Of a DNA stretch of 64,000 nt, positions 37,800 through 49,859 are shown in pieces. How positions within the stretch are numbered: position 1 is the first letter of the stretch; the number at the start of each line of letters is the position of its first letter. The DNA is taken from assembly GCA_036785375.1 (NCBI GenBank), contig JAWMAR010000026.1, forward strand, positions 992,001 through 1,056,000. The letters are read 5' to 3'. The DNA comes from Leucoraja ocellata. Lineage: Eukaryota. Position numbers and translations under genes: made by a program. Below the pieces are notes generated by a model. The model had not been told where the DNA came from, did not search any database, and saw nothing but the letters and a program-made list of their open reading frames with translations.

Positions 37800-38160
37800 A
37801 ATACTCTGGAATTTCGAAGGATGAGAGGATATCTTATTGAAACATATAAGATTATTAAGGGTTTGAACACGTTAGAGGCAGGAAACATGTTCACGATGTT
37901 GGGGGAGTCCAGAAGCAGGGGCCACGGTTTAAGAATAAGGGGTAAGCCATTTAGAATGCAGAGAAGGCAGTGGAAGCTAATTCTCTGGATGCTTTCAAGA
38001 GAGAGTTAGATAGAGCTCTTAAAGATAGCAGAGCCAGGGGATATGGGGAGAAGGCAGGAACGGGGTACTGATTGTGGATGATCAGCCATGATCACAGTGA
38101 ATAGTAATGCTGGCTCGAAGGGCTGAATAGCCTACTCCTGCACCTATTGTCTATTGTCTA
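37800..38160 (+). mobile_element. CR1 3' fragment with internal deletion
   Basis: TLEFRRMRGYLIETYKIIKGL..; (ctattgt)n tail. Confidence 0.9.
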
Positions 38161-38718
38161 ATATATCAACAACTCTTAACATAAATACACTATTTGTGGC
38201 TGCCTTGCTGGAACTTATAATGCATAGATTAATTTTCTCTTGGACTGCGGTATGTTTTAAAAGACCCTCATTTAACAAATGCTGCACTCTTCCAGAATTT
38301 TCTGTTTCTAATTTTTGTCAAATAGGCTTTACAATCTCTAAAATGCCCAAGTACTTTGATTTAGACAACTAAATGGGAGAAAATAATTATCATTGCTGAG
38401 AAGCTATTCTTTTCATCAAGCAGACAAATGATCGGACTAATTAATGCCATCTATGGTAAATGCCATCTGTGGGACGATGCAAGTAATATACAATTATGGA
38501 ACTAAATTCAGAACGAGCAATTGCATCTGAATTGAAAAGCTAGCTATATACACAGGCCACCTTAATTTGGTTTTAAACATGGCCTTCATAATAAAACTTG
38601 TTGGCATTCTTAATGCTGCTTCTTTTTTTCCAATGATGGCATTTTTTTAAAACTAGGTCACCATTAAAATGAACAGCTGAGAAAACTGCAAAAGACTTGT
38701 TGTATTCTAGAAATCTAA

Positions 38719-39020
38719 GGGCGGCACAGTGGCACTGCGATAGAGTTGCTGCCTTACAGCTCCAGAGACCTGGGTTCGATCCTGACGACAGGTGCTGTCT
38801 GTATGGAGTTTCTACTCGTTGGGTTTTCCCCGGGTGCTCAGTTTCCTTACACACTCCAAAGATGTGCAGGTTTGTAGGTTAATTGGCTTTGGTTAAAATT
38901 GTAAATTGTCCTTAGTGTGTAGGTTAGTACTAGTGTACTGGGTGATCGTTGGTCTGCGCGGACTCCATGGACTAAAGGCCATGTTTCTACGTTGCATAAA
39001 GTATAAAGTCCAAGGTCTAA
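38719..39020 (+). mobile_element. HE1-type V-SINE
   Basis: Head with B box gggttcgatcc, V-core, tail. Confidence 0.88.
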
Positions 39021-39244
39021 ATTGGATGAAAAAACAGAAAATACTGGAAATGTTCCTGATATGACTCACCATCTATTGAGGGAGAAACAGGGTAATGTCT
39101 CAGCCCAGGAATTTTTCATTCGAAACGATAAATGCTTAGTACAGTTTGACAGCATTTTCTGTGTTTAGATATTTTCTGTGAAATGTTTTAGTGGATTTTG
39201 CCAAAAGTGATCAATATTGAATTGTTACATGTCATTTATTCCAT

Positions 39245-39470
39245 TTAGGTTTACGTTTATTATACTCAGATCTACTGAGATCCAACGAAAATCTCAGTTT
39301 TGCTTGCTATAATCAAATCAGATAATACTATGCATTAAAATATTAAAGCCAAACTCAAGTACAATAGCTAGAGCAAAGGGAAAGATATGGAGTGCACAAT
39401 ATAGTTCTCTGCATTGTAGAGCATCAGTTCCAGAGACAAAGTCCAAGGCCTGAAATAGATTGTGCCATAG
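39245..39470 (-). mobile_element. Rex1-type 3'UTR fragment
   Basis: tttaggtttacgtttatt tail; gagtgcacaatatagttctctgcattgtag. Confidence 0.5.
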
Positions 39471-39866
39471 CTTATGTGAGCTACGCTGTAGCTTATCCCT
39501 GTTGAAATATTAGTGAGAAATAATAACATATAAAATATGCAGCAACTCAGAAATATAATAATAATATACTGACAAATAAACTTTCCACTTTCCAACAAAG
39601 AAATTGCAGTACTGGGTAAAAGGGAGGTGAGCTACATAGATGTTAATTAATATCATAATGTCATTGATAATTTGGATGTTGACGTTACTAAGCTTGGATT
39701 TTATGCTGAATAAATGTAGCCTTTGTCATTCTTCTGCAATCGCCTCCATCTATCATTGATATTTCCATTCGTCATTCAAAAAGACAGACCTGGAATTAAA
39801 ATACTGGCATAACTCAACGGGTCAGGCAGCATCTCTGAAGAACACGGACATTAGTTTATACTGTAT

Positions 39867-39990
39867 TTACACAGCATTTTCCTTTGCTCCACCTCAGTTT
39901 GCCAGTGGTTCAAATTATCTCACATTCAGCCAGGGGAAGAATCCCCTGGCGCAAACTTAAATAAACGTATGTGTAGGAAAGAAATGCAGA
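39867..39990 (+). repeat. Dispersed copy of 36651-36773 flanked by a 16-bp direct repeat
   Basis: About 90% identical to 36651-36773 by eye; gtttatactgtattta at 39854-39869 and 39995-40010. Confidence 0.92.
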
Positions 39991-41134
39991 CCCTGTTTAT
40001 ACTGTATTTAATATTATTATTCAGACTGGAATAGTGTTGCAGTTTTTAACTTCACAAATATTCATCCAAACATTAATCAATGTTTTAACCATTTTCGCAA
40101 AATCAACTATATTTTACTTGTACCATGCTTTCGAATGCATTTCTACTGGCAACTTTCCAGAGAGGAAGGAAATTACCAGCAAACCATAGGTGTAGTCTTT
40201 GAAGGCTTTTAATTGTTGCGTAATTGATCAGCTGCACATTATCTCTTGAGGAAACACGGACCTCAGAGACTTCAGTAGTTGCTTAACCCACAATATTTTG
40301 AGCAGCAACGTGCAAATGTGTTTTATGTACTGTTAGAACAGACTACAGGACAGTAACATGCTTCTAGGGAGCTTTGCTCTTTCAAAAAAAAAAAAAAAAA
40401 ATAGAGTGCACTTGCCAATGTGATGAATGTTAATGCTAGTAAAAGGCAGAAGATCATCTTTCTTTGCAGGCAGTCCCAGTTGCCAGCCTTCTTTGGTCAG
40501 GTATAACATGGATTAGTTGCAGGGCAAAATTCACATTATGCTGCTCTAATCAAGCATTTTCCTTGTTTTGCCTGTGGAATATTTCAATCCCCTGCATCCG
40601 CTATGCTTGAATGCTGAATTATTGGCAGCTTGATGCTGCAAATTCAAAGCAGGTAATGGGTGAAAGGGCCAAAAGCGGAATGGCAGCAGGTTCGAAAGGA
40701 TTTTAACAGGGCAATGCACACTAAGAAATAACAGTTTGTGAATGCCAAATCTGTCCAATTCATTCTCCTCTCACCCCTAATAGTGAAATTAAGTTCCCCT
40801 TTCCCGGCAGTGATATCTTCTACTGCACCTAACACTGACACGTGGTTCCAGTACAGATTACAGCTCCTCAGTATTGCAGGGATATCCTCTTAGCACTGCA
40901 TCAGTGTCAGATAGCATGTCACTGCATCAGTGTTACATTATTGAGATGCCTGTGGGAGAGAGAGAGTTTAACTGATGAACTAAATTCACTGCTTCGCTGC
41001 TGTGCTGCCTAACATGGGGAGAGAAAATAAAAGAGGCTGATACATCACCTGCTCACTGCCACAAGTGTGGACCATTTTCTCATGTAGCAGGCAGCAAAGG
41101 TTCAGAGATAGAAACAAAGTGTTTTGTTTAAATA

Positions 41135-41517
41135 TGTAGGAACGAACTCCAGATGCTGGTTTAAACCGAAGATAGACACAAAAAGCTTGAGTAATTGGAG
41201 TCAGGATGTTTTCAGTTGGTACCCTTCTTCAGACTGGAGATGCTGCTTGACCCGCTGAGTTACTCCAGCACTTATGTGTCTATCTAAGAATTTAGTTTAG
41301 TTTAGTTTAGAGATACAGCATGGAAACGGGCCCTTCAGCCCATCGAATCCATGCCGACTAGCCATCCCCACACACTTGCACTATCTTACACACACTAGGA
41401 ATAATTTATAATTTTAACAAAGCCAGTTAACCTATAAACCTGTACATCTTTGAGGTATGGGATGAAACCGGAGCTCCCAACAAAAACCCATGCAAGTCAC
41501 AGGGAGAACGTACAAAC
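41135..41517. mobile_element. Palindromic Penelope-derived element (41135-41285) abutting an HE1 SINE 3' part (-, 41291-41517)
   Basis: tgtaggaacgaactccagatgctggtttaaacc arm and its inverted arm; tttagtttagtttagagatacagc tail. Confidence 0.78.
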
Positions 41518-41547
41518 CAGTGTCTACATTTAAATGCCTCAGGTTTA

Positions 41548-42092
41548 AGGGGCTGTCCCACTGCGGCAACCTAATTGGCGAGTTTAGGAGAGTTTGAAAA
41601 AGTGTCATGGTAAACACCTCCTTCGACTATGTAGAAGACCTCCTTCGACCTCCTTCGACAATGCTGAAGATTAGCTTTGACCAGCTTTGGGGAAATTGGA
41701 GACCGAAAAGTCGAGAGTGAAGACGATCTCCTTCGATCTCCTTTCGACCGTCCTTCGACTATGATGAAGACTATCTACGACTACCTTCGACTACCCTCGA
41801 TTATCTACGAATAACATGCCAACCTACAATGACCTACTTCGACTAAACCTACAAGTAAAAAAAATATCAATTTTTTCCATGGCGACCTTTTTTTACTTCT
41901 GGGCATTTTTCAGCATGTGTTGAAAAATACGCCGCGTCCTAGCTGAGGCCTCGAGTACGCGGGGACTACTCTCGAGCATGAAGGAGAGTTACAAAGACCT
42001 CCTAGGACCTCGTTTCGACCATGCTGCGAGTATGAGTCGAGGGCAAACTCTTCTAAACTCGCCAATAAGGTCGCTGCAGTGGGCCAGGCCCT
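41548..42092. mobile_element. PIF/Harbinger-type MITE, 545 bp
   Basis: ~49-bp imperfect TIR aggggctgtcccactgcggcaacctaattggcgagtttag...; TSD tta (41545-41547) / tta (42093-42095); interior made of cttcgac/ctacgac repeats. Confidence 0.88.
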
Positions 42093-42256
42093 TTACTTCA
42101 TTAACAACCTTTCTGCAATTGGATAGAGTAAACCCAGCACTAACATGAAGGCACCATCATCTCCAAGGCTATGCCTATCCACCCATCATTCTGACATGGG
42201 TGGTGGATGTCACCATTCCTCAAACCCCATTAGAGCTAGTATGATCAACAGAACAC

Positions 42257-42510
42257 TTGTTTGTGTGGAGTCTGCATGTTCCCCTGTGTGCCTGGGTTTC
42301 CTCCTGGTGCTCCGGTTTCCACCCACATCAACAAGACCTGCCGGTTTCTAAGTTAATTGGCCTCTGTAAACTGCCCCTAATGTGTCAGGAGTGGATGAGA
42401 AAGTGTGAGAGCATAGAACGAGCATGAACCATGATAGCACCATAGGTCAGGATCAAACCTGGGTCTCTGGCACTGTGAGACCAGCTCCACTGGCTGTGCC
42501 ACTGTGCCGC
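42257..42510. mobile_element. HE1-type SINE fragments in opposite orientations
   Basis: (+) V-core 42257-42425; (-) tRNA head 42435-42510. Confidence 0.7.
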
Positions 42511-42528
42511 TCATTCCTTACAACATAT

Positions 42529-42758
42529 AATCTCTGGAACTCTCTGCCACAGAGGGTAGTTGAGGCCAGTTCATTGGCTATATTTAAGAGGGAGTTAGAT
42601 GTGGCCCTTGTGGCTAAGGGGATCAGGGGGTATGGAGAGAAGGCAGGTACGGGATACTGAGTTGGATGATCAGCCATGATCATATTGAATGGCGGTGCAG
42701 GCTCGAAGGGCCGAATGGCCTACTCCTGCACCTAATTTCTATGTTTCTATGTTTCTAT
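42529..42758 (+). mobile_element. Young CR1 3' end, same subfamily as 5750-8641
   Basis: Near-identical to the reverse complement of 5750-5980; (tttctatg)n tail. Confidence 0.92.
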
Positions 42759-42917
42759 AAGGAAGGAATTCAGCCCATCAAATCTATTCTAGCTCTTGGA
42801 ATAACCACATCAATCCCATTCCCCCAATTATTTCACTTCAACTTATTCTCTCCCACATACTCATGAACTTCACCCTGATCATCCTTCTATACTAGGGACA
42901 ATTTGCACAAAGATCAA

Positions 42918-43013
42918 AGTCTGAAGAAGGGTTTCGGCCTGAAATGTTGCCTATTTCCTTCGCTCCATAGATGCTGCTGCACCCGTTGAGTTTCTCCTGC
43001 ATTTTTGTGTACC
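42918..43013 (+). mobile_element. 96-bp solo Penelope-derived unit with 15-bp TSD
   Basis: ttgcacaaagatcaa at 42903-42917 and 43014-43028; starts agtctgaagaagggtttcggcctgaaatgttg. Confidence 0.85.
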
Positions 43014-43689
43014 TTGCACAAAGATCAATTCACCAAGCAGGCTGGTGGTAAATAACTCAGTTCCAACTATTGCCACCTCCGGATAAAAGGAAGGTGCTCC
43101 CAAATGCATCTTCAAATGATGAAGGAAAAGCCTTGGCCAACAGGTGAACCATCATGCAGAGAAACATCTACATCAGAGCCTTATTATGTTTCTGACATTT
43201 ACCCTGCACACGCAGGTAGAGTCTCCCATATAGACCTCACTGGGTCAACGGCCAGATGGATTATAGGAATCAATATGAATACAATGTAGCAACATCTTGC
43301 ATTGATACCTCCTTTAACATAATGAGATGTCCTAAAGCAGCTCACTGGAGAATTTGTCAAACAAAAATTGACACCAAGCCACACAGCAGATATTTTCAAG
43401 TGGCCAGAAGCTTAATCAGAACTTAGAAATAACTAAAATGTATGGAATTCAGGCACTTATGGCTTATGCAGCTGAAGATATGGCTATCGATACAGTACCA
43501 ATACTGTACACAGAGGGAATGCACGAACTCTGTACAGATAGCACCCATAATCAGGGTAGAATCGGGGTCTGGAGTTGTAAGGCAGCAACTCCATTGTTGT
43601 GCTACTGTGCTGCCATTACAGCTGCAGTGAAAGCGCAGACAAGAAATAAGTGCATGGGCCACGATGAGATAAGTAAGAAGACTGGGATG

Positions 43690-44185
43690 ACATTCTGAGC
43701 TGATGAGAGGTCTGTTCAACAGTGTGATAACAGCGAGGAAGAAGCTGCTCTTGAATACTGTGGTAGGTACTTTCAAACTTTTGTATCTTCTGCCTGATGG
43801 AAGAAGGAAGAAAAGGGCATGACTGGGGTGTAAATGGTTCTTCATTCTCTTGGCTGCTCTTCCGAGACAATGTAAAGTGTAGATGGAGTTGATGGAGGGT
43901 TGTGTGGGTAGGTGAGGGGCAGCCAGTTTTAATTTAGTTTAATTCTGTTTAGTTTATTGTCACATGTACCGAAGTACAGTGGAAAACTTTTGTTGCATGC
44001 TGTCCAGTCAGCGGAAAGACGATACATGATTGGTTTGTGATTGTGTGGTGGACTGGGCTGTGCCACAGCTGTCTGCAATTCCTTGTAGCCTTGTGCAGAG
44101 CAGTTACCAAACAAAGCCATGACGCATCCTGTGAGGATGTTTTCTGCCGTGTGTCTGCGGAGATTGGGAAGAATAGTTGGAGACA
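43690..44185 (-). mobile_element. Rex1 3' region with a second Rex1 tail nested at ~43928-44032
   Basis: HPSHALFFLLPSGRRYKSLK..SSFF..ITLLN and ENILTGCVMALFGNCSAQ. Confidence 0.8.
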
Positions 44186-46079
44186 TACCGATCCTCCTGC
44201 TGAACATCTCCAGCTTGTTCATGCAACAGAAACAGCAAATCTGCCTGTGTTGTAATATTGAGCCTTCTGCTTGATGAGTTATTAATACCTTGACATAGAC
44301 AATGAAGGTTGCGGTTCAGCCTCCATTTAAAATTCTATTGCACAGGTCCATGCATTACTGGGATACTACTGCATTGCTGGAAGTTTTATGTCACTGATTT
44401 CTACCTTTACTAACACTGTGATAAAAGCCTTTCCAATTTGTGGGAGATTTGGTGTAAAACCCCTTTTCAATCTAGTGGGAGCTCTGGATGCTGTATTCGT
44501 TCATTTAACTCATTCATTACTCTTCCTAAAAATGACACATCGACTACACCATGTTTTGCAAAGATTTGAAGGTTTGGTAAAATGCTGTGTAAATGCCTAT
44601 ATTTTATGACCATGTACAGTCCTGTCGTAAAATATGTGGTGATCATGCTGCAAAATGAATGACTTCCTTCAAAAGTGGATAAGTCAACAAAAAAAATCTA
44701 TTAAAAATGCGTAAAGTGTTGAGGCTGGATGACAACGTCTCTACTGACCCTTCCTTTTATTCAAGTGCTAATCCCTTCAGCTAAATTCACTCTCAACGAT
44801 TCAGTGTCGATCCCCTATTTATTAGTCATTCCATTAATCTTTCCTTCAAAGTTTTTGTACATTCTCCTTAAATATAGCCATACAGACAAATACATCTTTT
44901 AAACCAGTTGTCCTTTCTTCTTTCTTTTAGTCATCCAACAATTCTTTTTCCTGAAACTGTTCTATCCTATGGACCATAGGTAAATCTCAAGTATCGATAT
45001 CCCAGTGACTATCTCTTACTCCTGGGACATCTTAAACTTTTAATGGTACAATTTGTTGCCTTTGTGACGGGTGGACTTCGGGAGTGGATAATCTGAACCC
45101 CTAAATTTTGCAAATAAATCAGAAGATTTATAAACCTGAATCATGGGCTTTGGATAATGGAAGCAAACAGATCCAGTCATGTTCTGTGCTGTACTTTCAT
45201 CAACATTTTGTTCAATGAGAACATTGCTCCTATCTGGTTTATCTTGGCATCTTGTTCTGCACAATTGTGGGCCGAAGGGCTTGTTCCTGCGCTGTACTTT
45301 TCTAGGTTCTATGTTCTGTCTGACTAGCGAAGGGAAGTGATGATCTGTAGCCTGTAGCTGTCGTTGTGACAGAAATTTCCTGTTGAGTGACTGTACGGAC
45401 ATGTGGTATTTACAAGTAAACAGAAAGGAACTGTTCAAATTGTACTGGAGACTTTGTGGGTGTCACTGTGCACTAAAATGGCCGACTTTGATGTTACATT
45501 AATTGATAATGGACTAATCTACAAATTCTCTGACTCCTTGAATGTGAATACGGTCTGGATTTGTGTTTCTGTGTAGTTATTTGTGACCAGGAGTCGTTAA
45601 AATATGCCTTATACTCTTGCGTCATTCAACACCCCAAAACGCTTCTCTAATGTGGTTGTAGCGTAATTAGAATCAAAAAGAAGAATGGAAAGTCTAAGAT
45701 GTTTGCAGATTGTGATGGGTAAGATCTGACTCTTTGTTAGTTTCCTTTTGAGCATAAATTTATTGACCCTGTTATCTTAGAATTCCGTTGGGTATTTTCT
45801 CCCCTATTTATGATTTTTTTTCAACAAAGGTTAATTTAATGTGATGTTCTACGCATTGAATTCTGTTAGAAACACATACTCTTTGCTATTTCCACCATGA
45901 GGCGGTGGAATATTTGAGGCTACTTTTGACTTACTAACCAGAAACAATCTTCATTGTAATGATTGGTGATGAGCCAAGAGTTCCAGCAATATCCCAGACT
46001 TGATTCCCCCTGATTAATATCAGCTAAAGGCTGGAAAAGTTGTAGCAATGAACATGAAGACAATACCTCCCTTTTTTTT

Positions 46080-46560
46080 AAGTTCATAAGTTCTAGGAGC
46101 ATAGTTAGGCCATTTGGCCCATCAAGCCCACTCCGCCATTCAATCATGGCTGATCTATCTTTCCTTCTCCATTCCATTCTCCTGCCTTCTCCCCATATCC
46201 CCTGACATCCTCTCTAGTCGAGAATCTGTCAATCTCCTCCTTAAAAATATCCATTGACTAGGCCTCCACAACCTTCTGTGGCAATTAATTCCACAGATTC
46301 AACACCCTCTGACTAAAGAAATTCGTCATCATCTCCTTTCTAAAGGTATGTTTTTTTAATTCTGAGGCTATGACTTCTCGTCCCAGCCTCTCTTACTAGT
46401 GGAAAAATTCTCTCCACATCCACTGTATCCTGGCCTGCCACTACTCGGTAGTTTTCAATAAGGTTCCCCCTCATCCTTCAAAACTCCAGCGAATACAGGC
46501 CCAGTGCCGTCAAAGGCTCATCATAGCCCAATCATTCCTGAGATTATTCTTGTAAACCTT
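46080..46560 (-). mobile_element. CR1 3' fragment
   Basis: aagttcataagttc tail; ccattcaatcatggctgatc; aattccacagattc. Confidence 0.85.
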
Positions 46561-46980
46561 GTAGTAAATCCTACGGTAAAAGCCTGTTTCTGCAGTAAAT
46601 CCTGTTAGAAACCAAGCATGTAAATATTGGATGTTGGAATTAACTAAACTCTGAAGACGTTAACACCGAAAGAGATTTCTGTCCACATCCACAGTTCAAA
46701 TGACACACGGGGAGCTTGTTCCTGTCTAGGATACTGTTCCCTGTTGGGAAAAAGACATCATGCATTGTCTCCAAATTATCATTTGTTCCATATCTGGATT
46801 TGTCTGCAAACTCCACTCCTTTCAAAATCAGAATTATGCCAAATAACATTACCCAAAAATGTAATGAGGGAACAGCGGGAAACTTTCCCCTCGTTTCTTA
46901 CACGTCCCAGCATCTACTGCCAATGCACAAAGTGTTATTACTTTGTGTGAGTAATTAATTTATATTACAGCATGACAGTA

Positions 46981-47308
46981 GGGTGGCACAGTGGAACAGA
47001 GGTAGAGTTTGCTGGCTTACAGCGCCAGAGACCCAGGTTCGATCCTAACTACAGGTGCTGTTTGTATGGAGATTGTATGTTCTCCCTGGGACCGAGGGGA
47101 TTTCTCCGGGTGCTCCGGTTTCCTCCCACATCCCAAAGACGTGCAACTTTGTAGGTTAATTGACTTCTGCAAATTGCACGTTGTTCCCAGTGTGTAGGAT
47201 TGCGCTTGAGTATGGCGTGATTTCTGGTCGGCGCGGACTCGTCGGGCCGAAGGTAGGTAGACTAGGTAGACTGAAGGGCCCGTTTCGGCTTTGTATCTCT
47301 AGTCTAAA
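46981..47308 (+). mobile_element. HE1-type V-SINE
   Basis: Head with B box aggttcgatcc; V-core; tail. Confidence 0.88.
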
Positions 47309-48324
47309 ATAGTGAGGAAAAGTTGGAGGCTATCAGATCATGTTGTAAAGCAGACTAGGGCATTCATAAGAAAGGATCAAGATGATTTAATGGGCACTGG
47401 CTTCGCAGAAGAAATTGGTACACTTAGAATAAAGGAGAGGATTCAGGAATGGCAAAGAAGTTTATATATCGTTGCAAAGCTCAGTTGGTTAACTATTAAT
47501 TATTGGGATCTATACGCTGGAACTGACTCAAGTTTGGCCAAATTGTCTTGTACCAATTCATTTCTGAGCCAGCAGAGTGAGCTCTGCAGCAGTGCTCAGC
47601 TAATATTGACATCCCAATCGACAATCAATGTGAGGTGCAGTCTTTTGGGTTGTTCTTTGAACTTGGAGGCAATCTTTTAATATCAGTCCACCCCTCAAAC
47701 TTGATGCAACTTTACTGCATTGTATACGGCTGAATCCTGATCCCGTTCCATCGCGCACAGCTACATAAATAAAATTCTGGACCAAGAGCTTTCTGCACAC
47801 TGACTGTACTAAATAGTGCCTGATGCATTTGAAATAAAAACAGAGAATACTGGAAATGCTCAGCAGACTACCTTACATCAACGGAGAAAGAAACAGAGCT
47901 AGTCTCCACAGATGGAGCTCAGCGTGTTCTGCCTTTCCTGTTTTATTTGTGTTAAGTATTAGCTTTGGATGTTGAAAAGTGGAGCTTTGTAATCATCAAC
48001 AAGGAACTGCATGTTAGATACAGTAGATTGCAGCCTATTAGTCGCAAATAGTTAATGCTTCAATAAACATCCTTCTGCTCTATTTTACCAAACCCTAACA
48101 GCATCTGCTCCTGTTCCTTTCTCACTCATATGTTTATCTGACTCTCTCTGAAAAGTGAACGTGCAGCCTGTGTTGGAAACAATGCTGTCACCTGCTAGAT
48201 CATGTTAGCTCAATGATGAGTGCTTAAAATGGCTGCACTGTTTCCAGTGAACCGTGAAAACTATATAAGCAAATCCAAGATATCTCCTTCCAAGCCTTGT
48301 GTTGTGTGTGGAAACAGTAGTCAG

Positions 48325-48470
48325 AGTTCTTGATTAATAATGGGCATCAAAGGTTATGGGGAGAAGATAGGAGAATGGGATTGAGAGGTAAAAATAGATC
48401 AGCCACGATTGAATGGTGGAGTTGATACGATGGGCTGAATGGCCTAATTGTGCTCCTATATCTTATGGTC
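48325..48470 (+). mobile_element. CR1 3' end
   Basis: aaaggttatggggagaag...gatcagccacgattgaatgg...ctcctatatcttatgg. Confidence 0.75.
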
Positions 48471-48502
48471 TGATAAAGTAAGTGTCATGTCGGGCTTGTC
48501 TA

Positions 48503-49033
48503 TAGTTTAATTTAATTTAGTTTAGAGATACTGCGTGGAAACAAGCACTCCGGCAAGCTAAGTCCACGCCAACCAGTGATCACTCATACACTGGGATTAT
48601 TCTACACAGTAGAGATATGTTCCAGAAGCCAATTAACCTGCAAACCTGCCTGTGTCAGAAGGAACTGCAAATGTTGTTGTATGTGGAAGATAGACACAAA
48701 AGCTGGAGGAACTCAGCAGGTCAGGCAGCATCTCTGGTGAAAAGGAATTGGTTTGGGATGGAACCCTTTTCAGATCAAAGATTGAAGAAAGGTTCTGGCC
48801 TTATAGGTCACCTATTCCTTTTTCCAGTGATGCTGCCTGACCCGCTGAGTCATTCCAGAATTTTGTGTCTACAAACTGGCGCATATTTGGAAATGGGAGG
48901 AACCGGGAGCACCCGGAAAAATCCACGCGGTCACAGGATGAACATACAAACTCCTTACAGATAGCACCCATAGACACGATTGAACCCGGGTCTCTGACAC
49001 TGTCAGGCAGAAACTCTACCGCTGCGCCACTGT
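48503..49033 (-). mobile_element. HE1-type SINE interrupted by a palindromic Penelope-derived element (48651-48868)
   Basis: SINE is co-linear across the insert; degenerate TSD ctgcaaacctgc / ctacaaactggc. Confidence 0.82.
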
Positions 49034-49227
49034 GCAGCACAGCTGACACCCGAGCTGATGATAATGAACACAGTTTGCAAGATCATTCAAGGGTTTAACA
49101 CAAATTATTGTACTGTCCAAACTACGTTTCCTTTCAATGCACTGGCCCCGATAACATAAAGTGTCAACGTTGATGAGAAATATCTTCCAGTTTCTCTCAG
49201 TGCCATGGCGTCACTGTGTTTCATGTT

Positions 49228-49390
49228 AGCTATGGCTCAGTGGTTGACACACTAGCCTCTGAGCCAGAACAACGTGGAATGAAGTTCCGCTCCATAGACA
49301 ACTCCAGGGTGACTCTTCAGCGCAGAATTGAGGGCACTGCACCTTCAGAGGTATCATCGTCTAGATGTAATATGGAGTCCTGCCTCATTC
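49228..49390 (+). mobile_element. Old tRNA-headed Deu-like SINE relic
   Basis: A box tggctcagtggt, followed by ttgagggcactgcaccttcagaggt. Confidence 0.45.
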
Positions 49391-49399
49391 CTTCGGTGT

Positions 49400-49765
49400 T
49401 TAGAGTTTAGTTTATCATCACAGTTATCGACGTACAGTGATAAGCTATTGTTGCGTGCTAACCAGTCAGCGGAAAGAGGATACATTGTTACAATCAAGAC
49501 GTCCACAGTGTACAAATCAATGATAAAGAGAATGAGGTGAATAACGTTTAGTGCAAGATAAAGCCCAGTAAAGTCCGATCAAAGATAGTCGGAGGGTCTT
49601 CACTGATGTAGATAGTAGCTCAGGACAACTCACTAGGTAGGATGGTTCATTTTTCTGATAATAGCTGGGAAGAAATTGTCCCTGAATCTGGAGGTGTGCT
49701 TTTTCACACTTCTATACCTTTTGCCCGATGGGAGAGGAGAGAAAGGGAGTGGCCAGGCTTGATGG
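49400..49765 (-). mobile_element. Rex1 3' end
   Basis: FSPLPSGKRYRSVKKHTSRFRDNFFPAIIR. Confidence 0.85.
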
Positions 49766-49859
49766 GTGCATGCAAGAAATCCCAAAACACTTCTCTCAAA
49801 CAAAAAATGTTGCTGTTTACCAGAGCTTGCCATGCATAAAAGGGCTGCATGTTTTTTTA

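Noticed and set aside
40470-40500. Possible 31-nt micro-exon (tctttgcag|...cag|gtataa)
   Set aside because: Not a multiple of three, mediocre donor, no recognisable peptide; needs RNA evidence
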